A DNA stretch of 64,000 nt from Camelus ferus (lineage: Eukaryota): contig NC_045696.1 in assembly GCF_009834535.1 (NCBI RefSeq), positions 36,892,001 through 36,956,000 on the forward strand, in the 5' to 3' direction. This document shows, piece by piece, positions 38,344-51,200 of the stretch; the first letter of the stretch is position 1, and every line of letters starts with the position of its first letter. The notes beneath the pieces were generated by a model. The model saw only the letters and a list, made by a program, of their open reading frames with translations. It did not search any database and was not told the origin of the DNA. Both the position numbers and the translations under genes were made by a program.

Positions 38344-41300
38344 TTCCTTTTGCTTGGAGCTCTTCTCTCCCGCGTTTGTGGGATCCTAGTGGTTAAGTTT
38401 TGGTAAAGGACTTGGTGCTGTTATTGTAGTTGATTAGGCTAGTAACAAACATGAACTGAGTCATTTACAGACAATTGAAAATAATGTTTCTTTTATGCTA
38501 TTAGGGCACAACATTTATTTAAATCTTATTAACTATGTCACCCTGATCCTCTGCACATTTATTTATTAATCAGTGATTTTAAATGAAGTACCTTTACCTG
38601 ATCACAATGACAGCAATGTATAAGCCCAAGCTGGAGGTGCCTCACTGCCTTATTCTTCAATCATGATCACCCCTTAATGGGCTGCCTCCTCTTCATATGG
38701 AGGACACCTGCCACTTCCAATTAAGATAATCTTCATTTCAAGTCCATCTACAGTTTAAAGCCAGACTTATTACTAGAACCCCAACCACTGAAATTATGCC
38801 AGTATCTTTAGAACTCTCTTGCCTGGTTGAGGATGGTTTTGCCATGATACACGTACATATTATGTGGACACCCATGATTTCCGGAATTCAGTAAAAGATT
38901 TAGCACCCTCTGAGAAGACTCAAAAATATTCAGGAGACTTTAATTGAGATTATATAACATTTTATAATTCTGGATAGAAAGGGATCAACTTATTTATGCA
39001 TTTAATAGAGATCTTTGTAACTTGATCATAAAAGAAGGAAATTAACCCACTGAAGGTACCCTGGTAGTAAAACTGGGTCTCAACAAGTATACCAACCACT
39101 TGCTCTGTAAGAATATACTGTGCAGTGTATCCGCAGAGCTTACTGGACTAATACCTGGGACATCTAATTATATTTGCAAGCAAAATAAAAGAGTAAAATA
39201 GTTGACTAAAAGGAAAAATGCCTCTGAAATTGTTCTGGAGGTGGTGTTGGCTGCTTTCATTTTGTTTCACTTGCTAATGTTTAAGGAAAATTGTGATTCA
39301 CCTGTGTTGTTTGGTGGCCCAAACCATTAACGGAATTTATTATGGTATCTAATCAGAATTTGCAAAAATTTCCCCAAGAAAAGAGAACTTATTAAATATA
39401 AACTTATGGTTTTATAAATCAAAGGCTTTGAAATTTCAGCAAGCGAACCAAAACCTCATACAAAAAGGTAGAGATACAAAATGGCAAATGGGCAGGATTT
39501 TTTAAAAAGTCTCTTACGTAATTTGGATTCTCTGGAAAAGAAAGGTCTATTAAAAAAAAACAAAAAAACTTCAATCAACTCTGTATTCAAAAACCTCTCC
39601 AAAGTCTAAATCTAGATTAGAATAATACTGAAAATGCACAATGGATACGTTCTCCTTTCGGACAGCATAGGGGAATTTTACTAATATTTATGCTTCATTA
39701 TTTTTGTTATTACCACTAGGCCAGATTGGTACTTACGTATTTAGCATACTTAAATGGTATCTAAGGCTAACAGCCTATCACAGAGCTAGAGACTGCTCCA
39801 CCAAAAGTTTTCATCAGATCTTGTCTTGTCCTTATAGTTTCTTTTTTGGGAGACAGGTGATTCTATCATAGATTGATATGCACATACAAAATTGCTTCTC
39901 TGGTTATTATTAGAATGAAACCTCTGTTTTTTAAGTTTAGGTATGTGATCAGTTTTACCACAGATAGAATCTATTTAGAGTTTTCTCTTTAGTGGGAATG
40001 ATGGATGATTCTGATGTAATTGATGTACTTCTCAGAATCTATTCTCCAAATAACCACGTTACAAGAGATCCTTCTCTATTGTCCATTTTTGTTCTCAACA
40101 CCTAATAGGCTAATACTAATTTAATATATACATTCATTTAAGACAATGATAACTTCTACTAAAACACTTCTCAAATTTCCCTTACAGCCTTTCTATATAG
40201 AATCATGAAAAAGCACATATGTCATTAAAGAAACATGGGTCTTTATTACATATATATATAGTAATTGTGATAAAATTGCTTTCTATTCCCTTTGAAATTA
40301 ACTCACTTACATATTTTTTTCTGAAATCCATGCCTACTAGGCAGTAGCATTTATATACTACCTTATTTTCTCTATCAAGCAGTCGATCAATTATTCAGTT
40401 AATCTTTGTTGTCTATTCTTATGTTCTTTTTCATATCAAGTTCTCCAGTATCTTGGATTAGAATTATCTAAGGCTACACTGAAAGTTTCTCTTGATTTTC
40501 TCAAATTCTCAGAACATTGTATGAATCTATTTCCAGGATATTTTATCTTTTATTCAGCATTATCAATACTTTTATACTAGCCTCCTCATCAATATTTGAA
40601 TTAAAAAGGAGTTCATCATTTTATTTCATTTTTTTGCCCACAGGGACCAAAAGCATTTTAAAGAGTTACAACAATTATGCTTATCCCAAATGCTTTCCTT
40701 AGGAAAGAATTTCTCTGTAGAAGAACAATGACCATCTTCCTCCTGAGTGAGGGTTATCCTCAAAATCACCAGTCAACTACGCTTTCATGAATCTGTGTTC
40801 ATGAAACAGATGAACTTATTGCCTTCCTTAAGACTTTATAGTCTTGCCTTTTATAAAACCTGTTGACATTTATACTCATACTTGCTGCACATTTGCTATG
40901 GTTCATGATTAAAGGAAACTGGAAGCAATGAATTTCTTATCTAAAAAGGTGGATGCTCTCAAATGGCCCTTATGTTCAAGTTCTTTAGGGTGTCTTGTAA
41001 CAACCTTCTACTATAAAAGATGCTATGATGTTGCTACATGTGGAAATGATCTCATTGATCAAAGCAGAGGTTTTTTTTTATGGTTTTTTTTTTAAATAAC
41101 ACTGATGGACTTTATGGTAGTAGTTTTCTTTTTTTTATTTTTAACATTTTTTTATTGAGTAATAGTCATTTTACAATGTTGTGTCAAATTCCAGTGTAGA
41201 GCACAATTTTTCACTTATACATGAACATACATATATTCATTGTCACATTTTTTTTTGCTGTGAGCCACGACAAGATCTTATATATATTTCCCTGTGCTAT

Positions 41301-41626
41301 ATAGTATAATCTTGTTTATCTATTCTACATTTTAAAATCCCAGTCTGTCCCTACCCACCCCCCGCCCCCTTGGCAATCACAACTTTGTATTCTATGTCTA
41401 TGAGTCTGTTTCTGTTTTGTATTTATGTTTTGTTTGTTTGTGATTTTTTTAAATTTTAGATTCCACATATGAGCGATATCATATGGTATTTTTCTTTCTC
41501 TTTCTGGCTTACTTCACTTAGAGTGACATTCTCCAGGAACATCCATGTTGCTACAAATGGCATTATGTTGTTGATTTTTATGGCTGAATAGTATTCCATT
41601 TTATAAATATACCACATCTTCTTTAT

Positions 41627-41833
41627 TCAGTCATCTGTTGATGGACATTTAGGCTGTTTCCATGTCTTGGCTATTGTAAATAGTGTAAATAGTGCTGCTA
41701 TGAACATTGGGGTGCAGGTGTCTTTTTGAAGTAGGGTTCCTTCTCGATATATGCCCAGGAGCCAGATTCCTGGGTTGTATGGTAAGTCTATTCCTAGTCT
41801 TTTGAGGAATCTCCATACTGTTTTCCACAATGG
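41627..41833 (-). pseudogene. L1 ORF2 C-terminal remnant
   Basis: [11 protein letters not shown]...[13 protein letters not shown](LFT)[12 protein letters not shown]; 9-bp in-frame duplication; TGA where the 53.5-kb copy has TGG. Confidence 0.9.
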
Positions 41834-41933
41834 TTTTCCTTGCTTCCCTCTCCCACTCTTAATGACTTAGATGTCTTCTTTTACCATTTGTGTTTATTCT
41901 ATTTGTAATTCATGGTAGTTATCACCTTTCCAG

Positions 41934-42878
41934 TTATGAATTTCTCATTTTTGTAGCATCCTGCTTCTTTTCTATTTGGAGTAGACCTGTCAATATTTCT
42001 TTTAGCATGGGTTTAGTGTTGCTAAACTCTTTTAGTTTTTGCTTGTCTGTGAAGTTCTTTATCTCTCCTTCTATTCTAAAGGATAACCTTGCTGGATAGA
42101 GTATCCTAGGCTGCATCTTTTTTTCATTCAGGACCTTGAATATATCTTGCCACTCCCTTCTGGCCTGTAGTGTTTCTGTAGAGAAATCAGCTGAAAGCTT
42201 TATGGGGGTTCCCTTGTAACTCACTCTTTGTTGTTCTCTTGCTGCCTTTAGGATCATTTCTTTATCCTTGACTCTGGCCATCTTGATTATAATATGTCTT
42301 GGTGTGAATCTGTCTGGGTTCTTCCTGTTTGGGACCCTCTGAGCCTCCTGTATTTGGATGTCTGATTCCTTCTTTAGGTTTGGGAAGTTTTCAGTCATGA
42401 TTTCTTCCAATACCTTTTCAACTCCCTTTGTTCTTTGTTCCCCTTCTGGAACCCCTATTATGTGTAGATTGGCACACTTTATATTATCCCATAGGTCCCT
42501 TATATTGTTTTCATTGTTTTTTATTTGTTTTTCTCTCAGCTGTTCTGATTGGGTGCTTTCTGTTGTCCTGTCTTCTAGGTCACTTATTTGTTCCTCTGCA
42601 TTATCTAGCCTGCTTTGCACAGCCTTTAGGTCAGCTCTAATCTCAGCAAATGAGTTTACTAATTCTACTTGGTTCTTCTTTATAGCTTCTATTTCATTTT
42701 TGACATATTTTATATCTGTAAACACTATTTCTTTTAGTTCCTTCAGTACTTTGATCAGTCCTTTTTTGAAATCTTGATCTAGTAGGCCATCAATGTCTAT
42801 TTCCTTGATTGTGCTTTCAGGGGATTTCTCTTGACATTTTAATTGGGAGTGGTTCCTCTGCTTCTTCATATTGCTCAT
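41934..42878 (-). CDS. LINE-1 ORF1p (coiled coil, RRM, CTD), intact 314-aa frame
   Basis: ATG-to-stop ORF with ORF1p motifs LDNAEEQISDLEDR, NLHIIGVPEGE, TPRHIIIKM, ARREWQDIFK, ILYPARLSF, FTDKQKLKEF. Confidence 0.95.
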   Translation of the reverse strand: MSNMKKQRNHSQLKCQEKSPESTIKEIDIDGLLDQDFKKGLIKVLKELKEIVFTDIKYVKNEIEAIKKNQVELVNSFAEIRADLKAVQSRLDNAEEQISDLEDRTTESTQSEQLREKQIKNNENNIRDLWDNIKCANLHIIGVPEGEQRTKGVEKVLEEIMTENFPNLKKESDIQIQEAQRVPNRKNPDRFTPRHIIIKMARVKDKEMILKAAREQQRVSYKGTPIKLSADFSTETLQARREWQDIFKVLNEKKMQPRILYPARLSFRIEGEIKNFTDKQKLKEFSNTKPMLKEILTGLLQIEKKQDATKMRNS

Positions 42879-43169
42879 ATTTCTCTGGCACCAGTGGGCG
42901 GGCAGGTCATTCTCCCTCCCGATGTTGCAGTCAGATGCTGCGCTTGGGCGAGGCAGGTGGGCGGATCGTGCCCCCTCACAGCACCTTGGTCAGGTGCTGT
43001 GTTTATGGTAGTATTTTTCCCTTGCAGGAGTTTTTATTCTTTTAAAATTATTTTACTTTACAAACTCAGACTTACCAACATTTAGCTTTATGCTTAGCAA
43101 GACAACAGACCTCTCCAAATGGAATTTGTACCACCTAAGATTTTTTTATTTGTGTGTGTGTGTGTTTGT

Positions 43170-44790
43170 CTTTCAGTAATTTTATGAATTACTTTTCATT
43201 TCAGATACATCTGGGTTTAATTTTTATAAAGGAGGTGAAACTGAAATCAGCTTTTATTTTCCCTGATTGGTAGACAATTGAACTAATAATTTGTATTGAG
43301 TAATTGAATTTCCTCATTTCCCTCAATGTTTAAAATACCTAATATGTCATGTTTAAATTCAAATAGATCTTTGAGTCTCTCTCTCTGCACTCTCTGTTCT
43401 ATTTATTATATCCTTTCTTCATTTTATTAATCAATACCAAAATGTTTTATTTAATGGATTTTCTTAACAGTATTAATATGTGAAAGGCTAGAATTTTAAA
43501 TTCCTACATTGTAAATTCTTTTTTTCTCCAATTTTCTCATGTTTAATTCTCCAGAAACTTTATAATCACCCTAGGTTAAAAAAAAACAAAAACTAAAACT
43601 AAAGCTTTTGGCATTTTTTGGTAACCTCCACTTTATTTATTCATTAATTTAGAAACTATAGATATTTTAGAATATAGTCTCCTCACCCAGAATAGGTTTT
43701 GCATTAAAGATGTCTTCTTCATGTACCTAAGAAAAATTTTATGCCTTTCTTCCTAGAATTCCAATCCACTTCATATAAGGTACATTTACCATATTTATTT
43801 ATATTTTAAATATAATCTATTTCTCTCTGTATTTTCTAATTGTTTCTACATAGACAGTCTATTGATTAAGTAGATCATTTTTGTGAACAGGCACATTATT
43901 TTTTCCAAACAGTATTCAACTGATTTTGGTTGCTTTTCAACTATAAAATCATACTATATGGGGATCATGAAGATTTAGCTTCTCTCCAATTTTTAAATTC
44001 TATACTTTTTCCTATTCTGACATATTACCTAATACTTTCATGTCAATAATACATAATACAATATTTTTCAGTCACCTCTTGTTTCTGACCATAAGGAAAA
44101 ATTGTCTAGTATATATCATGATTTGCAACATGAAAGCTTTTAGTTGAGCATTTACATTTATTTTGGATTTTTTTTGTCTTTTCAAGAGAGTTTCACATTA
44201 TTCACATTTTAAGTTTCTTTTTTTTTTAACGAAGAAAAGTGTTAAACTTTTTGAAAAATTCCATCTAACATTGCATATTTTTTCTTCTTTATTTTATTAA
44301 CGTGACCAATATTGTAATTTCTCTTTCTTGCTAATTTTTATGTGTAGGTATCTCTGGTGAAAATAAATTTTAAGCCTTTTCTATGATCTGAAATGGTTTA
44401 AATAATATCTAATTTATGTCATCTTTGATTATTATAGAGTACTGATGGCTGAAGCCTCTAAGCCTAATGTTTTGTGTGTGTGTGTGTATGCAGGGCAGGG
44501 GGCAGATTATAGAAGCACTTTAATTAGTTCACAGATTTTCCATGTGCATATATTTAATTTTTGCTTATACAGTAACACTATTAAAATTTACACTTAGAAA
44601 ATAATAAATTATTGATCAATTTTCAAATATATTTCTATAAAGTTTGGAAAATACTCTAAAAATCCTATGAAATTCCTCTGTGTTTTTAATGTTTCATTTA
44701 ACAGTGAAGTTACCATACTTTCATTCTTACTTTGATTTGTGTTTATTTTTTGCTTTTTCTCTTGTCTTCATCACCTTGACCATGAATTTA
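43170..44790 (-). mobile_element. Highly decayed old L1 (L1ME-like)
   Basis: Long T-rich tract with residual antisense-ORF2 text ('agatctttgagtct...ctctctgttctattt...atcaataccaaaatgtttt'). Confidence 0.45.
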
Positions 44791-44801
44791 TCCTATGCTA
44801 T

Positions 44802-45210
44802 TGTACTGGTTTTCTGTTGTGGCTGTAACAGATTGCCACAAGCTCAGTGGCCTTGAACAACAAAAATGTATTATCTTACAATTCTGTAGGTCAGACTTCT
44901 GATAAAGTTCTCCTGGGCTAAAATAAACTGTACTCCTTTCAGAAGCCACAAGAGGAGAATCCATTTTGCTTCTTTTCCAGTTTCTAAAGACCTCACACAT
45001 TCCTTGAATTCCTGCATTGTCAAAGTCAGAAACTCTCTGATGTTTCATTCATTGGCACATCTCTTTCAGACCAGAGTTAGGAGAGTTTCTCAATTTTAAG
45101 AAATCATATAACCATGTTTGTGAAGTCTCTTTTGCTGTGTAGCATAATATTTTCAATTTTCAGGGATTAGAACAGACATCTTTGGGGTCCATTATTTTGC
45201 ATACCATAAC
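44802..45210 (-). mobile_element. MaLR LTR MLT1B/C-like
   Basis: 'tgtactggttttctgttgtggctgtaacagattgccacaagctcagtggccttgaacaac' ... 'gacatctttggggtccattatt...tacca'. Confidence 0.8.
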
Positions 45211-45364
45211 TGTCTTAGATCTTTCTTTTTCTTCTTTTAATCTTTTTCTTCTTTGAATTTTTGAAATGTACTTTTTTTATTTCTATGCTCTTTTAGTATC
45301 AGTAAATACTTTTTCTTTATGAGTTATTCTTACCCTCTACTGAATTCACAATATGAAAGATGAA

Positions 45365-46830
45365 AATATCATTCACTTATAAATTCTGCCAACATTTTCT
45401 TGAGCACCTACCAGTATCCTCTTCTAGATACTAGAATTATATCACTGAGCAAAATGGGAAGAAAATTGTTATTTTGGAGTTTACATTTCAGTGAGTGTGT
45501 GGGAAATAAGGAAGTAATGCATGGTATGTCAGAAGATAAATGCTATGAAGAACAATAAAAATAGGAGAGAATGGAAAGTAGAGGGAAAGTTGGCTATTCT
45601 ATGAAGACATTCTAAGTAGTTAGGTAATAATTGGTCAAAATAGAAAGAAATTGAAGTAGTGAGATATGAAGATATCGAGAAGAGTATTCCAAGCAAAGGA
45701 AATTTCAAATACTCAGACCCAACAGCTGAAACATGATCCACAAGTTAAAAATACGTAAAGGAGACCGTTGTACTGAGAAAGATGGAACAAGAGACAGAGT
45801 AGTCGGAGCAAACAGCAGAGATATTGTTGGGTCTAGATCACAGGCTTTTGTTGAATTACTCTAAGCTTTTGTAAAGAGTTTGCTTTTACTCTGAGTAAAA
45901 TTTTAGTACAGAGGAGGGTTTTGAACAGAAGGATACCATCCCTTATTCTGTGCTTTAAAAGGATTAGTACTGACTGCTGTATTGAGAATAGTCTTTATGT
46001 GATCACTCAGGAGAGGCAAAGACATCAGGAAAGAGGCAGCTACAATAATCCACAGGATAGATACTAGTACCATTGACAACGTTAGTGACCGAGGTGGGAG
46101 AAAGTAGTCTGATTCAGAATATATTTTGAATTCAAGACTATGGATTTGCTAATGGAACCAATGTAAGGTAGGAGAGAAAGAGAGAATTCAGTGATAGCTT
46201 CGAGAGGACTATGGCAGACAGGAGAAGGTTTGGGAGATGAAATGAGAGGAAGAGACATGAGTTGAGCTTTAGAAATGTTACATATAAGACTCCTAGAAAT
46301 ATCAAAGCAGAATATAAGAAAGGCAGCTAAAAAGATGTCTGGAAATCAACAATTTTAAGTGCTATAGATATGAAAACCAGGAGAGTGGATACACTATAGC
46401 TATAAAAGAGGTTTAAAGGAGTGAGTTCTTGTAACTCTCATTTTTAGAAGTTACACATTTGGGAGTCAGCCAAAAAGAAAAAAATGAATAGGTCAAATTA
46501 GAGGAAAATCAAGAAAATAAAGAGTGATAAATTGCACACCAAGATAAAAATTTCACACACTCACACACAAAAGAATGGTCCTTGGCAAAAGATCCTTGAA
46601 AGAAGCAGTTTTGGTGAAATAGTATTCGCAAAGGCCAGGCTGAAATGGATTTAGGAAATAAAAGAATAGGAGGAATCAAAGACCTGAATATTGAATATGG
46701 AGGTTAAATGAATTCCTGATAAACCAAACATGGAGTGTGAGGGAAAGAATATTCAAAGATGACTGCAAGAGTTTTCTTCTTTACAGTTGGAAGGATGAAG
46801 ATGTAATTTAATAGGATAGGAGGGTAACAT
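45365..46830. mobile_element. L2 (long, decayed)
   Basis: L2 3' end 'cattcac...aacattttcttgagcacctacc', then 'gagggttttgaacagaagg', 'gattcagaatatattttgaa...ggatttgctaatgg'. Confidence 0.75.
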
Positions 46831-47329
46831 TAGTGGGCCATTTTGAAAAGTTTTGTTTTGTTTTGTTTTCATAAACAGAAGCAGAATAAGGGAAAAGTTC
46901 ATTCTTCTGAATTTAACACATACAATTACTTTTTAATTCTTGTTGTGAGATCAGTAGGATGCTCTTCAACCCAGTGTATGGTCTCTTTAGTCCTCTTATT
47001 AAAAATTAGAACTGCGTTGGCCATCAGGAACCTTTTACTAGTTCCCCCTTTTTCGTGTGTCTTTATTCAAGGACTACTGGCATTGATGAAAGTACCACAT
47101 TTTCTTATTTTTAAAATATGCTTAAAGATATTTGATTTATATTTCTTGGAATACAATAGGCATACCATGAAATTAACTCCAATTTCTAAATTCCTAGAAA
47201 TTCTGGAGAAAAAAATGTCATGTTTAAAGTGCGTTGATGCAGTTTCAAAATTAAGAGAAACTCTGAGAGGCTATTATTATACACAGAAGTAAGATATACG
47301 TGAGCCATAGCAAAAGGTCAAGGGGGCAA

Positions 47330-48215
47330 ATGAAAGTATCCTGTTGTAAGATTATTATACAATGCATTAAGTAGCATCAGCTGAAGTTGTAATGTAGTAA
47401 GTTAAAGATGTATCCTATAAACTCTAAAGCAAACAAAACAACAAAACAACGACAAGTTAAAACTAACTAGATAACAGAGGAGAAAGAAAAGTGGAATCAT
47501 AGAAACTACTAAATCTAAAAGAAAGCAGAAAAAGAAGTAAAGAACCAAGAAAATAGAGGGGAATAGAAAATAAATTTCAAGATGATTGATTAAGACCCAA
47601 CTATATCAATAACCACATCAACTGTAGATAATCTAAACAACTGAATTACAGTGCATAGATTGTCCAATTTATTTAGAAACAAGTTCCTACTATATGCTGC
47701 CTACAAGAAACCCACTTTAAATATCAAGATACAAATAGGATAAAATAAAATAATGACAAATGAGGTATCATGCTCACAGTAATCAACAGAAAACTGGAGT
47801 GGCTATATTAATATCAGAAAAGTAGACTTGAGAGCAAAGAATATAACTGGAGATTAAAGAGATCTCATTACACAAATGATAAAAAGATGAGTTCATTAAA
47901 AAGACATAATCTTAAACATCCATGCATTTAATAACAGAGCTTCAAAATGCATGAAGCAAGACTCAGAGAACTGGAAGGAGAAACAGATAAATCTACAATT
48001 ACATTTCAATACACCTCTCTCAGTAGTTGATATAAGAGATAGAAACTCAGTAAGGTAGAAGATTTGAACAATGCTATCAACCACCTTGCCCTAATAGTCA
48101 TTTGTAGAATACTCCATCTGACAACAACAGAATACACGTCTTTTTCAAGTGTAAATGCAGTAATCTTCAAGAGAGGCTGTGTTTTGGTGGGCCATATAAA
48201 AAGTCTTAGTAACTT
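47330..48215 (+). mobile_element. Old L1 fragment (inter-ORF and ORF2 endonuclease region)
   Basis: 'ctatatgctgcctacaagaaacccacttt', 'aaactggagtggctatattaatatcaga', 'tagaatactccatctgacaacaacagaatacac'. Confidence 0.85.
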
Positions 48216-51200
48216 TAATTTCTGTCACCAAAACTAGGAGGAGGGATGGAGGTGACATTGCTTTAGCTCCTTTCACTATGGAAGTGCTAATTATAGAAAT
48301 GCAGATACAATGAATCCTAGTTTCTCCTCTTACCAGTTGTATGCCATCAAGAAGTTTATTTAATATACACAACCATTGCTTCTGGATCTATACAGCAGTA
48401 GTACTAATATGATAATCCTTTTCTCTCATCAGGTTGAAACAAAGTTAAATGCAATTGTTTATTAAAGTTCCTATTAGGTAAATAGTACATATATGTGTGT
48501 GTTTGTGTATACACACACACAAACCTACTTAAAACACAGCTGTTTCCCGACACCAGAAATTTAAACCTTTCCCCGTGAGTCCATTTTATTGGCTTTCTAC
48601 CTCTGCTGTTTCCAATCATGCACTAATAACTATAATTTTCACAAGAGTCCTAAACTCTCTTTCATGGAAAACATCTGGAAAAATTAAGAGCATAAAATGC
48701 TTTGGTTTCAAAACTGAAACCTTTCAACCAATATCCTTTGAATATTAAGTTCTTTATTCAAGGTTTGCTATTAAAATGCTCCAACTGAAATAGAATTTAA
48801 TGTCATCATCTATTCCTTTCTTCCTTTAGACAACCCAACAAATTCATTTTTCACTATTGGAAGAATTATACATATCACATACTTTAAAAAAATGTAGCTA
48901 GTTTTTATTTCAAAAGAAATTACTTACATACATGTATAGAGGTGAGGGATTGATTAAAATTCATAATATAAATTCATCAAACTTTGTTTTTGGAAAATTA
49001 TTGACAGAAAAATAGTTTTGATTATAGTAAAATTTTAGATTATTTAAACAGTATGTAGTGTAACTCATATATACATGAGAAAAAAGCTTGGAAGCATATA
49101 TATTAAAATGCTAATAGTGTGTGTAAGATCACAGATGATTTTCATTTTCCTGATTTTTTTTACATATTTTGAAATAAACATACATTACTTTTGCAGAAAT
49201 AAAAATGCAACAAAATGTATTTTAAATTAAATTATTAATTGAATAGTGGAATGGTTGCATTTATAACTGTCAAGTTAAACAAACATGCAGTTAGTTCAAT
49301 CAGATGCCTTATTTTTTCCAGAACTGACTGATGTTTGGTTCACCTAAATGGATCAACAATTAATTCTGGCACATCTAGACACTCTTTAAGAAGTACTTTG
49401 GAAGGAACTCTGTACATTGAACATAGTTTGCTTTTTAACAGTAATTTTTCAGAATTCACTTATTGCTACAGGTGCCACCTTATGAATATATCATTTGTCC
49501 ACTGGGCATTCAAGTGATTAATAGAGTAAATCTCTCTAATTATAGAGGAAATCAAGATGTGTTGACAGCTGTGCTATTTTGAGGGAGTGACAACCCTGGG
49601 TACCTGCCACATTCTGACATTCAATCTACACTTGTTAGTATCAAAAATTCTCTGTAAAAATAATTACTCTGGAAGTGGCTCACAGAAGAAAAAAAAAAAC
49701 TGCATGCATTTTTATCAGATTTGTCTTGTCAGCCATGATATCAATCCCCGCCTCCCCCACCCCCCACATCTTTGCAGATCTAAAGTCCCAAGAGTTAGCA
49801 ACAGAACAGTGTGTTCATTAGCCCTGCGATCCTCTCCTCTCAGGGTTGATGTGGAACTGCAGAAAGGGCATAAGGCTGGGAAATAAGAGCCTTGGTTCTG
49901 ATTTTTAACTCTATAGGTTAAACTTGAGGGTAATTCACTTTTTTGTCAGAGAATTAGACATTTTCTCCAGGCTCCATATTGGATTTAAATTTCTGTGACT
50001 TTATTTTTAAGTTCTTTCTGGATTTAGAAGGGAATTGGTTTAGTTAATTTTTAGTGCATTTCCATTTCTCTTCAACAGCAGCTTTGGTCCATTCTCAAGG
50101 CTAGGTTTCATGGCAAATTTTCTCTCTTAATTCCCAAGTTTCATTTTAACCATCACCAGGAGAAATAGTTTTCACACAAAAGAGTTTGGACATTTTATGA
50201 ATATTTGTTAATAAACAATTTCCCATCATTTAATAGGTGTGGCTAAATTATTACATATTTCTAGTATCTACCTATCAACATGTACACACCCACATACGTA
50301 TTTATGAAAACCTGCATGAACCTTAATTTATGAAGCTTTCTTGTCCCATATATTTCAACAACTTCTGTCTGATGAGTTGAAACTGCACTTTCTTAATAGT
50401 GATTAATTTTCTTGCTTCATTAATCAAACAGGAAAAATTAGGAAATATATTCTTATATGCTTCTCGGATTCCTAATTTATTTAATGGAGTTTTGAATAAT
50501 TAAGAACAGGACAGCTAATTTAGCTAAAATAAAGTGTGTTGCAAGATTTATGTCGAGCTTTTTCTCATGGTACACACATGGTCCACTTACTAAAAGTAAA
50601 ATAAAATTCTGGGAAATTTGTGAAAATTTTGGAATGTAAGTTGTATTTAAAGTTACACTTCAGGATTTGTTTTTTTTGATCAACAATGTTGATTTAACCC
50701 TAAAATAAGTATATTGGTTGATTTTGATAAAAAATTCAAAAATGGTAAAAAGAGGTTATTTACTACTTTATTTTCTAGGAGATCTTGAATAAGTGACAGC
50801 ATATTTAAAATAATTAAACCAATAATCCAGAAAAAAATTAGAAATTATTCTGTACATTTAAATGCATCCAAGTAGAACTCAATGACTTCAATTAAATGAT
50901 GGCCAAAGCCATTTCTTAAAAGTCTTCTCCTGATAATCACTGTTTATTATGGCTAAAGTGTGAAAATTTGAGAAATGTGTTTCAGTTATATGTTTTAGTA
51001 TATATAAAGCTAGCCAAATTCAGGTCACCTTTATTTCAACTATAATTGATTTCCATTGTCCCGAATATGTGTTATGGCTTGCAATTCATGTATTTTTTCA
51101 AATAAGAAAATAATTTATTTATTTTCCTCTGTAGTATAAGTATATTTTTTCTAATCAGATTTTTTTCCTTTCCTTGTCATACTTGACCTTGTGTTACTTG

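Larger units (their letters stand above)
41129..43001 (-). mobile_element. Young L1 derivative, ~1.87 kb: short 5' UTR, full ORF1, 100-nt spacer, ORF2 tail, 3' UTR and polyA; most of ORF2 absent
   Basis: 18-bp TSD tttatggtagta(g/t)ttttc at 41111-41128 and 43002-43019; T-tract from 41129; internal junction at 41833/41834. Confidence 0.92.

Noticed and set aside
42358..42777. 139-aa plus-strand ORF
   Set aside because: Antisense shadow of L1 ORF1; S/F/L-rich with no independent support
46843..47292. 149-aa plus-strand ORF
   Set aside because: Starts at TTG, has AT-rich F/L/K composition, lies between decayed repeats and shows no recognisable domain
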